This document shows positions 28,301 to 37,375 of a stretch of DNA of 64,000 nt, piece by piece (positions within the stretch are counted from its first letter, which is position 1; each line of letters starts with the position of its first letter). This stretch comes from an uncultured virus (IMG/VR IMGVR_UViG_3300023094_000010) (Duplodnaviria; Heunggongvirae; Uroviricota; Caudoviricetes): the IMG/VR virus record IMGVR_UViG_3300023094_000010. One strand, written 5' to 3'. Below the pieces are notes generated by a model. The model saw only the letters and a program-made list of their open reading frames with translations, was not told the DNA's origin and did no database searches. A program made the position numbers and the translations under genes.

Positions 28301-31300
28301 TACGAGGGGATCAACGACCCGAAATTTGTCGCTGACCTTGGCACCTACCTGCGCAATCAGGCCGAGGGCCGCCGAGGGTCCGGTGAAACCTTGACAGCTG
28401 AAGGCGTCGGTCCGTCCACCGGCAGCCCGGTCGCAAAGCTTTCCCGCGAGCAGGAGCAGTTTTTCAACGTTCTCATGGGCCAGACGCCGCCCAAGGAGCT
28501 CACCACGCGCAGCGCCGCCGCGATCGCCCGCATCCGCGCCACCGCGAAAGCCTCGGGCATCGACGTCATTAAGACCGACGGGGGCTCGGTCGAACCGAAC
28601 GCGCTGCGTGACGCGCTCCGCAAAGAAGGAGCTCCGATCGAGCGCATCGGCGAAGATCCTGACCCGACCCGCCGTCAGTCGAACCCCAAGGATCGCAACA
28701 GTGTCATCGCTCGCATTCGTCTGCAGGACTTCGAGAGCCTCAACCCGACGGGGCAATCCACGTCGCAGCCGAACATTCGTGCAATCGAGGCGAGCTTCAT
28801 GCCCGGGGCTCCGCGTCGTGAGGCCACCGAGTGGGTAGATACAGCCGCCCTAAAAGCGAAGAGCGGCAAGATCTACACCGGGGCGGCTCACTGGCAGGCG
28901 TTGGAAAAGGCCGAGGTGGCTGGAGAGCCGCTTAAGGGACTCGTAGACGGATTTTTGACCAATAAAGGTCGTTTTCTCGACCGCGAGGCTTCTTATAAAC
29001 TGGCGGCCGATTCAGGTCAACTGGACGAAGCCGCGTATTTCAAGAGCCAGCGGGACTACGCCGAAGAAGACGGGCGCACCCTCAAGGAGTCCGTCAAAAA
29101 GTTGGAGACGTTTACGTTTGACGATGCTCGGGCTCCGGGATCACCCGGTGCGCAGTTCATGCCGTCTGCCGCCGGTCAGCCGACTCCGCAAGAACCGGCA
29201 AAAATTCGCGCCTCCAACGAGGACGTGAAACGCATCTCGAAAAAGTACGTCGATCAGGCGGGGCTTCCGTATCAGCCGCATGAGAAAGCCGTGCCGGTGC
29301 GCGAAGAGACTGCAAAACGCATCGCCGATTTTTACGACAAGGCGGTTGATTCGCCGAATGACCCGCAGGTGAAGGCCGCGTACACCGCGCTCGCCGACGA
29401 AGTGGTGGAACAGTGGAAGCAGTTCGAAGACGCCGGATACACAGCCGAGCTCTGGACCGGCGAAGGTCAGCCGTACGCCGACAGCGCCGCAATGATGAAG
29501 GATGTGCGTGACAACAAGCACATTTATTACTTCGGAACCGAAGGTGGTTTTGGCCTCGGCGGCATCACCCCTGAAATGCGTTCGAACCCGATGCTGGCCG
29601 AGTCCGGCGTCAACTTTGAAGGCGCGAGCAACGTGCCGGTGAACGATGTTTTTCGCGTGGTCCACGACATCATCGGCCATGGTGCCCACGGGTACGAGTT
29701 CGGACCGAAGGGAGAATTTAACGCCTACCTCGAGCATTCGCGCATGTTTTCCGACGCGGCCAAGCCGGCCCTCGCGGCCGAGACGCTCGCACAAAATTCG
29801 TGGGTCAATTTCGGCCCGCACTTGCGCAACTCGGATGGCTCGTTGCCCAAGAAGGGAGATGCGAATTTCATCCCCGCCGCGGAGCGCCGTTTCGCAGACC
29901 AGAAAAATATCATCATCCCCGACAAGATCTTGAAGGAGGTCGATGCATACGCCCGCGAGTCGACGAAGCCTGCGACCCCCGACTCCATCGAGGAACAGAG
30001 CATCAAAGCGTCCGAAGCTGCGGAGCTCGCGGCCAAGAAGATTTCTTTGTTGCCGTCGAAAGACTCGGAACGGATCGTGCGTGCTGCGGTGCGCTTCGGA
30101 GATGAGATCCGCAAGGGTTCCTCGCACGTTAGTATTTTGTTAGACGCAGTAGACGAAGGCTTGGTAGAGGAAAAAGGATTCGGAAACTTTGTCGGGGACT
30201 ATGAAGATGGCTTTGTTACCGCATCTGGTAAATTTCTCAACCGCGAAGAAGCTTTTGAGCAGGCAGGCAAGTCGGGTCAGCTCGATGAGGATGCTGTGGA
30301 CGAACTTTCGAACCCCGACGGCTCGGGCTCTTTGGAGAGCATTACGCTAAACGAATCCGGACGGCGCATTTCTGAAGGAGCCTCTCCGGCTGCGTTCATG
30401 CCGAGCCTCGCCAACGCGAAGGCCAAAGGCAAGGACGTGCAGTTCAAACGCGAAAAACCCATCAAGGGAGCCGTCGGCGGCGTCCTCGACATCGTCCATT
30501 TTTCGAGCAAGGACCTGACCCAAATCGACCCTGCCAAATCGTTCGGCAAGGGTGCCGCGACCCAGACGGACTTGAAGGGCGCACCCAAGGCATTTTTCTA
30601 CGCCAAGGGCACCGCATACGAGGCACCGATCGCCGGCCGCTCGAACGTCTACACCGCCAAGGTCGACGGCAACAGTATCTACGATTTGAATACAGACGTG
30701 CTGAACGTCCAGAGCATCGTCAACCGCGAGAAGCGCGACCAAGCCATCGAGAACGCGGGCTTCAAGGGCTTTTATGCCGAGACCCCCGGGTTCGACGCCG
30801 TCGCCATCTACGACAAGATCGACGTCACCCCCGCGCTCCGTCAGGATGTGATGACGCCGAAGCAGCTCAAGAATCTGGGCCTGCAAGCGCAGGAGGCTCC
30901 GGATGCCGGAGAAGCCGCACGCGCCGCAATCACGTCATCTCCTGCGTACGAGAAGGCACGTCAGCGGATTGCTAAAGAAGTCGGCTCCTCGAGCAACGGC
31001 GCGTTTTTCGACGCTGTGGATGCGTGGGTTGACGGACGGCTCGCGCAGCCGGCGTTCATGCCGGCCAACAACGACGCCGGTCGCATCAGCACGCGTAATC
31101 CCTCGGGCCTCAAAGCCACTGAGAACGCTCTCACCGACGATCTCGTTGCCGACATCGCGACGATGAAGAAGACCCCAGAGCTTCTGCGCACCAACGCCAA
31201 GTTGATCGCCAAATATCCGGCCCTCCGTCTCTCCACGGTCTCGCCCGACAAGATCCTGGCCGAGCTTAAAAGCCTCGCAGAATCCAACCTGAATTACCTG

Positions 31301-32290
31301 CACGACAACACGCCGCAGGTCATTCGCGACCGCTCGAAATTGTGGTACGTCGGCGGCCGCAAGCTCGCCGAGGACATGGCCACTCAGTACAAGTCGACCC
31401 CCGAGGGCGCGGCCGGCGTGCTCGCAGCGCTGTCCCCGCAAAAGGACTGGTACATGAACGTCGATCTGGCAGACCGCGTGTACAAAAATCTGGGCGAGTT
31501 GCAAGGCTCGAAGGTGCAGAAAAATCACGTCACTTGGCTGGCCGACAAGCTTGCAGGCGACACGCCGTCCAACGCCACCAAGCGTGCGCTGCTGGAGGGT
31601 CTCGAGGGAGCCGATTTTTCCGAACTCCCGCGCTTGCAGCAGGCCATGGTTCTTCGTGCCAACGATGAGTTGAATCACGCCCGTTCGTACCGTTTGGTGA
31701 CCCCAGAGGGTGAAAAAGGTGACTTTGTGCGCTCGAACTCGGGCAACGAAGCCAAGGTGGCGTGGGGCGACTTCGGTTCCATCGCGAAGGCGGTCGGCAT
31801 CGCCAACGACCCATCCCGCGAGGTCATTTCCAACTCCCTCGGTCTCCAGCACAAGGTACGCAATTTCTTCAACAACATTGCGTATCCAGACAGCGACAAG
31901 GGCGACGTCACGATCGACACCCATGCCGTGGCCGCCGCGCTCCTGAGCCCCCTGTCCGGCAGCAGCACCGAGGTGTTGCACAACTTCGGCGGTGGCGGCG
32001 CGGCCGGCTCGTCCTTGACGGGCATCTCAGGCACATACCCCATCTACGCCGACGCCTACCGTGACGCGGCCAAGAAATTGGGGTTGCTACCGCGTGAGCT
32101 GCAGTCTATCACTTGGGAAGCAGTAAGGGGACTTTTCCCCGACACATTCAAAACTTCTGAAAATGCAACCAAAATCGCCAACATCTGGAAGCGTCACGCA
32201 GCCGGAGAACTCTCCGTCGCAGACGCTCAAGCCCAAATCGCCGAGCTCTCCGGAGGAATCCGCCACCCATCTTGGTATGCAGCTCGATGA
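25316..32290 (+). CDS. Giant internal virion / polyvalent-type protein
   Basis: 2324 aa; Ala/Gly-rich N-terminus, HEVTH zincin-like motif, C-terminal modules separated by FMP motifs. Confidence 0.7.
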   Translation: MDPILTKDAAAQRVDYLSSLPLAKLKQEQEKEKAAGSYTPQTRGLYEALASEKLDNLSAQLSALPSKQIAFEFERGLADGEYDEGLAPVAQELFNTKFKEERGKSGLEKTGSFLSSAASMVGNELAAPFTERDSQIVKPFVKGVAKSARDLAVGSNYFALGNLGSGVPVEDQRKATNRLLSGAEFGTRQTADLVRDIFDDQADEEFKAKGDQSLGDIFKARRAEQRSLVDAARGAGTLVTGDGRSAPAQMDAQDLADIQEMSQGLDATNLVPFGGGFKLGASGVSRVLQGVAKKVGIESVERGIAAAAKVADKVLETGPRRQVLGTPLMTAEEALIRQAKTDGLLRKARLAAGKGTVALGDGIQNIVKALPAAGTTGVAAAGLTLASGGDAQEALTAGLSTLVGRKILGSRAGMTGVGKGLQLAGRAIQKDLPTPFSKTQAAINAFRYEYRPVKTALTAAGLGAVETGLLSLGADSPEEAGSIVGGGATLGAAGSALGTLQAVGRDQLVKKAAGVTGDTSGAVVDVPPLGLDPVADKINAEALKQLTPAGSVFLQTARAMLPDQHVYVAMTGDQAQSIYTRLTGDQTDVRNVNGVTVPTKDGKQLVIIRPAGVTPGITGEAGGHEVTHALKNIALADPKTRGAWLAVEEEARKALGPEGSEVFEGVKQQYLDQMPPGSTMTEQQVVDEFIAEHGSVILSGLPAGKLGGNRNVAQTLTSALFRLAENAGLRKVGFARDGSDPVTSSTLPYTPSFNLLDSLEYAINASRLEASDLVPDNSVPPAAPTPAAPAVPPATSTPAAPAPVVAPTASTFSGGPGVLNPIPTGLATDRSLGTTTPPQQPTVETPAPEAPVVAPAVEATPLASTETAPAIDKSVNGAIRGQEVQAARTNSESPLSSVEEKQMQDAQPDKAKQPVARKVWESVKALGGQRIGLPIFEAAINQDGVVRSKRVAPYAIEVSSGGKVTAIAVDMDRANYNAKLLFDWAAEKGTPNRFGYEGINDPKFVADLGTYLRNQAEGRRGSGETLTAEGVGPSTGSPVAKLSREQEQFFNVLMGQTPPKELTTRSAAAIARIRATAKASGIDVIKTDGGSVEPNALRDALRKEGAPIERIGEDPDPTRRQSNPKDRNSVIARIRLQDFESLNPTGQSTSQPNIRAIEASFMPGAPRREATEWVDTAALKAKSGKIYTGAAHWQALEKAEVAGEPLKGLVDGFLTNKGRFLDREASYKLAADSGQLDEAAYFKSQRDYAEEDGRTLKESVKKLETFTFDDARAPGSPGAQFMPSAAGQPTPQEPAKIRASNEDVKRISKKYVDQAGLPYQPHEKAVPVREETAKRIADFYDKAVDSPNDPQVKAAYTALADEVVEQWKQFEDAGYTAELWTGEGQPYADSAAMMKDVRDNKHIYYFGTEGGFGLGGITPEMRSNPMLAESGVNFEGASNVPVNDVFRVVHDIIGHGAHGYEFGPKGEFNAYLEHSRMFSDAAKPALAAETLAQNSWVNFGPHLRNSDGSLPKKGDANFIPAAERRFADQKNIIIPDKILKEVDAYARESTKPATPDSIEEQSIKASEAAELAAKKISLLPSKDSERIVRAAVRFGDEIRKGSSHVSILLDAVDEGLVEEKGFGNFVGDYEDGFVTASGKFLNREEAFEQAGKSGQLDEDAVDELSNPDGSGSLESITLNESGRRISEGASPAAFMPSLANAKAKGKDVQFKREKPIKGAVGGVLDIVHFSSKDLTQIDPAKSFGKGAATQTDLKGAPKAFFYAKGTAYEAPIAGRSNVYTAKVDGNSIYDLNTDVLNVQSIVNREKRDQAIENAGFKGFYAETPGFDAVAIYDKIDVTPALRQDVMTPKQLKNLGLQAQEAPDAGEAARAAITSSPAYEKARQRIAKEVGSSSNGAFFDAVDAWVDGRLAQPAFMPANNDAGRISTRNPSGLKATENALTDDLVADIATMKKTPELLRTNAKLIAKYPALRLSTVSPDKILAELKSLAESNLNYLHDNTPQVIRDRSKLWYVGGRKLAEDMATQYKSTPEGAAGVLAALSPQKDWYMNVDLADRVYKNLGELQGSKVQKNHVTWLADKLAGDTPSNATKRALLEGLEGADFSELPRLQQAMVLRANDELNHARSYRLVTPEGEKGDFVRSNSGNEAKVAWGDFGSIAKAVGIANDPSREVISNSLGLQHKVRNFFNNIAYPDSDKGDVTIDTHAVAAALLSPLSGSSTEVLHNFGGGGAAGSSLTGISGTYPIYADAYRDAAKKLGLLPRELQSITWEAVRGLFPDTFKTSENATKIANIWKRHAAGELSVADAQAQIAELSGGIRHPSWYAAR

Positions 32291-32477
32291 CCCCGTGGAC
32301 GAGTTTTTGACGCTGAAGAAGCTGCCAAAGACCCGTGAAAATTACCTGACGGCGATGTTTCTGGGCGCGATCCCCGAAACCATCGCCGCCGAGGTCGAGG
32401 CCGCTTTGCCCGACTACGCGAAGAAGCCCTCGGGCGAGTTGGCCGAGGCCAAGGTGAGTAGACTCTCCTCTACATGA
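32277..32477 (+). CDS. Small hypothetical protein (may start at 32163)
   Basis: DPVDEFLTLKKLPKTRENYL...AEVEAALP; fills the gap with typical codon use. Confidence 0.55.
   Translation: MQLDDPVDEFLTLKKLPKTRENYLTAMFLGAIPETIAAEVEAALPDYAKKPSGELAEAKVSRLSST
32458..32466 (+). promoter_or_regulatory. GTAGACTCT late motif, copy 9
   Basis: 7 nt before ATG 32474. Confidence 0.75.
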
Positions 32478-33052
32478 ACGAGCTAGCTTCCGCAACCGTC
32501 GCTCCGGCCGCCGCTCCTGCGGTGGGTGGTCAGGAACTCGCGCCCGTCCAAGCGCCTGAGATCCCGAGCCCGTTGGCGGAGGTGACGCAGGGCGTCGTGC
32601 CGGCTGCGCTCCTCGCTCCGGTGGAGCCCGACGCCGCCTTGGACCCCGCCCAGTCTTTCCTGATCGATAACTTCGAAAAGCTGGCCGAGCTCGGTCTCGA
32701 CGTGTACGAGGCCCCCGATCTTTCGACGGTGGTTTTCAACACGTCGCTCGTAGATCGCAAGGCCGTCGAGGCGGCGGCCGCCGGCGGAACCCTGCAGCAG
32801 CTCCTCACCCCGCCCGCGCAGGCTGGCGCAGAGCTCGCGCCCAACCCGGCCGCCGCGCAGGTTGCCCAGACTCGGGCCGCTCAGCGGCCGGAGATGCCCG
32901 TGCAGTCAGCCCCGATGGTCGCGCCCAAGGTGCCGGCATCGACCCAGACGGCGCTGGCCAAGGTTCGAGCCCGTGCCATCACCAATCCTAAGGCGACGCC
33001 CGGCGGCACCCCCGTGACCACCGGCACGCAACTCTCCAAGCGCCCCGTTTAA
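32474..33052 (+). CDS. Hypothetical Ala/Pro-rich protein
   Basis: 192 aa after late motif. Confidence 0.6.
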   Translation: MNELASATVAPAAAPAVGGQELAPVQAPEIPSPLAEVTQGVVPAALLAPVEPDAALDPAQSFLIDNFEKLAELGLDVYEAPDLSTVVFNTSLVDRKAVEAAAAGGTLQQLLTPPAQAGAELAPNPAAAQVAQTRAAQRPEMPVQSAPMVAPKVPASTQTALAKVRARAITNPKATPGGTPVTTGTQLSKRPV

Positions 33053-34086
33053 TGGCCTCTTTTTCCTCTCGTTTGCCGCTCGGGTTTGCTGAAGCTGGTT
33101 TCGCCAGTCAGGCCGAGTATGACGCCGCCAAGGCGGGTCCTCAGACTCAGCTCGCGGGTGCGGCTGCGCTGGCCCCGGGGCAGGCGTCATTCGGCGGTCT
33201 CCGACTTCCTCCGATCGAGCCGGTGATGGAGGACCGTTGGAGCGCCCTCAACTACCCGTCGAAAGACGCGTACGAGACTTCGATGCTTGAAGCTCGTCAG
33301 CGTCTGGATGCCAAGGGGATCGATTTCGATCGGGTGATGCAGCCCAGCTCCACCAACCCTACGCTGCCCCCGATCAGCCGCCTGCCGGTGGCCGGCCCGG
33401 CGGTTTTTGGTCCCGGGGCGTCTGCTTTTCCCGAAAAAGAGTCTCAGATGGCCGCTCAGCAGCTTGCTACAGCACAGGCGACGCAACTGTCGCGTCTTCC
33501 TGCAGGCGTCATGCCTGTGGCGTCCCCTCAGAGTTGGATGCCGGGAGCAAACCGCACTCTCACTCAAAATGCCCCCGGCCGCAGTCCGCTGGTCAAAGAG
33601 ACCCCGCAGGCTGACGCGGTCGTCGCTCAGGCCGATCAACGGGCGGCCGCCGCATCCGCTCGTACCGCCAACATCGCAGCAGCGAAAAAGCTTCCGGATT
33701 CGGACCCTAATTCGTTTTATTCGAAGCGCACCGCCTTCAACCACGCCAACGTCGACCAGCACATGGACGCCGAGGGTAACATCACGAAGACGACAAAGGC
33801 CCAGAAAGACCACTTCACGACGCTCGACGCCGCCGATGCCACCGCCCGCGCCGCGCAGCTCAAAGCGGAGGCCGTAAAGGCTCAGGCGGTGTCCAAGCTC
33901 GCGGCAGATGAAAACAAGGCCGAGAAAGAGCGCCAAAAGGCGGCTGCGGAAGCCGCAAAAAACACACCTGCTGCGGTGTCACAACGGCTGACAGCGATCA
34001 TCGCTCCTCCGACTCCGCAACCTGCGCAGGTCAAACCGTCGTTCAAGAAGAGCTGGCTCCCGATTTTGGACGCCTTCAAGTATTAA
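33052..34086 (+). CDS. Hypothetical protein, last of late arm
   Basis: 344 aa, TAATG coupling, converges with the - arm. Confidence 0.6.
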   Translation: MASFSSRLPLGFAEAGFASQAEYDAAKAGPQTQLAGAAALAPGQASFGGLRLPPIEPVMEDRWSALNYPSKDAYETSMLEARQRLDAKGIDFDRVMQPSSTNPTLPPISRLPVAGPAVFGPGASAFPEKESQMAAQQLATAQATQLSRLPAGVMPVASPQSWMPGANRTLTQNAPGRSPLVKETPQADAVVAQADQRAAAASARTANIAAAKKLPDSDPNSFYSKRTAFNHANVDQHMDAEGNITKTTKAQKDHFTTLDAADATARAAQLKAEAVKAQAVSKLAADENKAEKERQKAAAEAAKNTPAAVSQRLTAIIAPPTPQPAQVKPSFKKSWLPILDAFKY

Positions 34087-34499
34087 GGACGTCGGGGGAG
34101 TTGGCCTCCGACCCAGAAAGGGGTCATGTCGAACCAACTGATCAAATCGGAGCCATCCGGTTTGTAACGGACCCCCTGAGCGGGGTCCAACACGGAGATG
34201 CACCCTTTGGAGCTGGACCACCGCACTAAGATCTGATGGGCACCGCCCGGGTGGTTCCGGCTCGGCACTGATATGAAGTACCAGCCGTCGAAGATGAAGG
34301 TGCCAAAGACCATCTGGTTCCAGACGACCTTGCATTCAGTTAAAATCGACGTGAGGGTCTGTTGGTTCAAGGCTTCGCCGCCCCAACGGTCGATCACCTC
34401 AGATACCGGGACTCCGAGCGCCATGGCGATGCACGTCTGCACACAGGTGCGATCGGTCGGCTGAGTCTGATGTACGAGGTCGATGGTTTCTTGTGTCAT
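34083..34499 (-). CDS. C39-like cysteine peptidase
   Basis: QPTDRTCVQTCIAM (Q, C), later H and VLDP. Confidence 0.6.
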   Translation of the reverse strand: MTQETIDLVHQTQPTDRTCVQTCIAMALGVPVSEVIDRWGGEALNQQTLTSILTECKVVWNQMVFGTFIFDGWYFISVPSRNHPGGAHQILVRWSSSKGCISVLDPAQGVRYKPDGSDLISWFDMTPFWVGGQLPRRP

Positions 34500-35602
34500 T
34501 TTATTCTTTGAATTTCGTATCCAAGGTTTGAGTACGTTTTCTGGCGGGCGATGGCCTGCGCATAGGCGAACTTCGCGCCGCGGTCGAGATAGTCGTGGAC
34601 GATCCCGAATTCCTTGTCCCCGTGGGGGCGCATGACGCGGCCGGACCGCTGTTCAATCTTGGCGGCGCTGCGGCCGCCGGCCAGCAGGACCAACTCCGAC
34701 GCGATCGGACAGTCGAGGCCTTCATCGGCCAGACTGGTTGCGATCATCGATTTGAGGGAGCCGTCTCGGAAACCCGCGATCGCGGCGCGACGGGCCTTGA
34801 TGCCCATTTTCGAGTGCGCCACCACCGAGCCCGGAACCTGTTCGGCGATTTCCATTCCGTGAACGATCGAGCCGACGAGCGTCAAAACCGACTTTCCGGC
34901 CTCGACGGCGGTGCGGATCGTGTGGCAGGCGTGAGCGTTTCGAACGCGATTTTGCTGTACGAATTCCTGCGTGATTTGCCACGTGGCACGACGCTCGTGT
35001 TCGAATTTCGGGATCGACCAGAATTGCCGGCAGCGCCGTGCGACTTCGATCACAACCCGCTCTCCGATTTCGTCGTCAAACTGGCCTTGGACGTCGAGAT
35101 CGTACATGAAAACGAGGCCCTTCGCGAGGCTGCCACCGGCCATGACCTCCTCGCGAGGGATCTCGATAAAATTTTCCATTCCGCCGAAAAATTCGACGAG
35201 CGCGGCGTCCCGTTCGGGGTCTGTGCTCCACGGGGTCGCTGAGAGCCCCCAGACGATCCCACAGGCAGCAGACGCGGACGCCAGCCACGTGGGGGCCATG
35301 AGGTGGTGGCATTCGTCAATTACGAGGATGTCAGCGTCCGAGACGTCCGGGGAGCCGGCGGCGCAGCGAATTTCAAACCGCACGTCCTGCGGACCCTCAG
35401 TGCCGGAGAGCGCCGCGATCGCCTGCTCGACCTGTTCGTGTGTATTGGCCAGCCAACTACACTTTTGACCGGGCTGGATTTTTCTCGCGACGGCGTTCGC
35501 GCCGATGATGGTTTTTCCCGAGCCGGCAGGAGCCTTGACGAATCCGCGGCTTCGAGGCTGCAAGAATTCGACGCTTCGAGACTGATAAGGTCGAAGTATC
35601 AT
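34496..35602 (-). CDS. Superfamily 2 helicase
   Basis: LRPYQ, APAGSGKT, DECHH, LSATP, EGLDCP, QRSGRVMR. Confidence 0.9.
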   Translation of the reverse strand: MILRPYQSRSVEFLQPRSRGFVKAPAGSGKTIIGANAVARKIQPGQKCSWLANTHEQVEQAIAALSGTEGPQDVRFEIRCAAGSPDVSDADILVIDECHHLMAPTWLASASAACGIVWGLSATPWSTDPERDAALVEFFGGMENFIEIPREEVMAGGSLAKGLVFMYDLDVQGQFDDEIGERVVIEVARRCRQFWSIPKFEHERRATWQITQEFVQQNRVRNAHACHTIRTAVEAGKSVLTLVGSIVHGMEIAEQVPGSVVAHSKMGIKARRAAIAGFRDGSLKSMIATSLADEGLDCPIASELVLLAGGRSAAKIEQRSGRVMRPHGDKEFGIVHDYLDRGAKFAYAQAIARQKTYSNLGYEIQRIK

Positions 35603-35763
35603 GGTATTTTTTCTGCTGTTCGGGCGGCAACAATTAACTGCACCGCTTTCTCCACGTCGGCCTCGTTCACCATGACGATACGCTTGGCTTTTAAGCCCGT
35701 AGTGCAGCACACCGTCCGCAACGCATCCCACAGCTCGGTTTTAGTAACTGGTTGATCGATCAT
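35599..35763 (-). CDS. Hypothetical protein
   Basis: 54 aa, ATGA-coupled on both sides. Confidence 0.45.
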   Translation of the reverse strand: MIDQPVTKTELWDALRTVCCTTGLKAKRIVMVNEADVEKAVQLIVAARTAEKIP

Positions 35764-36119
35764 TGGCCGAGGCGATCGTAGGCCTCTGCAAGACGTTCTT
35801 TGCCGTACAAGCCGCCAGAATTTCGTTGCTCCCAACGCAACCAATCACGGAAAGAATCGAAGCACTCCGAGACTTCGCGATAACGCTGCCACCGCAGCTG
35901 TGAGCGTGTGGGTTTACGAGGCTTGCCGAGGCCGAGATAGACAAGGTCGCTCGTGGGATGACAATTACTGACGACCCCGGGCTTCTGGTCGTCGAAGTTG
36001 ACGCCGACATAGTGGCCGCGATCTTCCACGATCGTGCCTTCTCGAGAGACGCCGAGACGAACGCGGCGACCGATTTCAGCGGGCACGCCGTACGTTTTGT
36101 GGACGTACTCGAAGCTCAT
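35760..36119 (-). CDS. Hypothetical phage protein
   Basis: 119 aa, YGVPAEIGRRV...CHPT. Confidence 0.6.
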   Translation of the reverse strand: MSFEYVHKTYGVPAEIGRRVRLGVSREGTIVEDRGHYVGVNFDDQKPGVVSNCHPTSDLVYLGLGKPRKPTRSQLRWQRYREVSECFDSFRDWLRWEQRNSGGLYGKERLAEAYDRLGQ

Positions 36120-36385
36120 GCGACTCCGTTAAACCCGCGGTTCCAACGCTGAGCAATGTAACGGTCACGCTCGGATTGCGTCGGCCGGTCGAACTCCGAA
36201 CGCGAACGATAAAAAACCGCCTTCGCCGCGGGCGACATCGAGTTCCAGTCGGCGGTGAAAATATGAACTGCGCGGATGTATCTTTTGCGATCTCGCTTGT
36301 CAAAAAAGATGACGAACACGACGTAGATGAAGAGAAGAGCGGCGGGAGTAAAGACTCCGAGAGTGTAGACGATCCAAGGATTCAT
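36116..36385 (-). CDS. Small membrane protein
   Basis: N-terminal hydrophobic helix. Confidence 0.55.
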   Translation of the reverse strand: MNPWIVYTLGVFTPAALLFIYVVFVIFFDKRDRKRYIRAVHIFTADWNSMSPAAKAVFYRSRSEFDRPTQSERDRYIAQRWNRGFNGVA

Positions 36386-36984
36386 GATCTTTTTTTACGA
36401 GGTTTTTTAGGTGCGATGGGTTGTACGGCGATCACCTTGGCGGTCGGATCGAACCCATGCAAGAACTTTTCGTCAAAATCTCGCAGCGCGTCGTACGGGG
36501 TCGGCCCGCGACCCAGCACCTGTTGGTTCGTGCCGGCTCCGATCACGGACACCCAGTCGTTCAGATCGACCCGGACCAGCACCGCCTTGTGCCGGATGTG
36601 AGGTGCGTTCGATTGGGCAACGTGAAAAAGGGAGGCTTCCGAAGCCTTCGCGGCGTTCTCGAGGTACCGATTGTAGCTCTGCTCAAGTGCCCCGCCGCTC
36701 GAGTCCCAGCGGCTCATATCGTCGAGAATGTTGTCGAGCTGGGACAGCGCGTGCAACGACGTCGACGTTGCCTTGGCGGCGAGCTCGGGCGCACAATCGG
36801 ACCAGCTGGCCTTGTCGTCCTCGCGGCCTTTGAACGTGAAATTCTCCAACTTGTCGAGCACGGTCAATAACACGTCCACTTGACGTTCGGTGCGCTCGAT
36901 GAGCGTGGGAAAAATCGTCAGCGCCTGATGCTCGCGGGCACCTTGATTATCAGTCCTGATCGGGATCTGAGCTTTGGATGGCAT
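36382..36984 (-). CDS. Hypothetical protein
   Basis: About 200 aa; GRGPTPYDALRDFD. Confidence 0.55.
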   Translation of the reverse strand: MPSKAQIPIRTDNQGAREHQALTIFPTLIERTERQVDVLLTVLDKLENFTFKGREDDKASWSDCAPELAAKATSTSLHALSQLDNILDDMSRWDSSGGALEQSYNRYLENAAKASEASLFHVAQSNAPHIRHKAVLVRVDLNDWVSVIGAGTNQQVLGRGPTPYDALRDFDEKFLHGFDPTAKVIAVQPIAPKKPRKKRS

Positions 36985-37375
36985 TGGTTTTTTTGATCTG
37001 GCGTCGCAGTTCGTTTTCTTCGGCGGTTTTTTTAGCGTGGCAGGTCTCGCAGCGGGCGGCATACCCATCGGCTTCGAGGAACATCCGGTCAATGTATGTG
37101 TTCCAGTCGACGAAGCCGACCCTCGGGTCGATGACGGGCTCGATGTGGTCGGCCTTCATGTCCCCCTGAGCAAACAAGCCCTTGCAGTCTTCGCAGCGGT
37201 GCAGCTTGCAGGGGCGGCCCGTCGCGGGGTTGGGGCCGTTCTGAACAAACGCTCGTTTGATTGCGGCGTGCTTCGGCCCCCACCGCATGGTGCCGGCGCG
37301 GAGCAGGGAAACGATGAAACTGCGAAACCGAGCAGCCGTCCACTGGCCGCCGTTACGGGTCTTAACGCCCTTCAC
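36950..37375 (-). CDS. HNH endonuclease with Zn sites
   Basis: CEDC...ADHIEPV...CETCHAKKT. Confidence 0.8.
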   Translation of the reverse strand: MKGVKTRNGGQWTAARFRSFIVSLLRAGTMRWGPKHAAIKRAFVQNGPNPATGRPCKLHRCEDCKGLFAQGDMKADHIEPVIDPRVGFVDWNTYIDRMFLEADGYAARCETCHAKKTAEENELRRQIKKTNAIQSSDPDQD

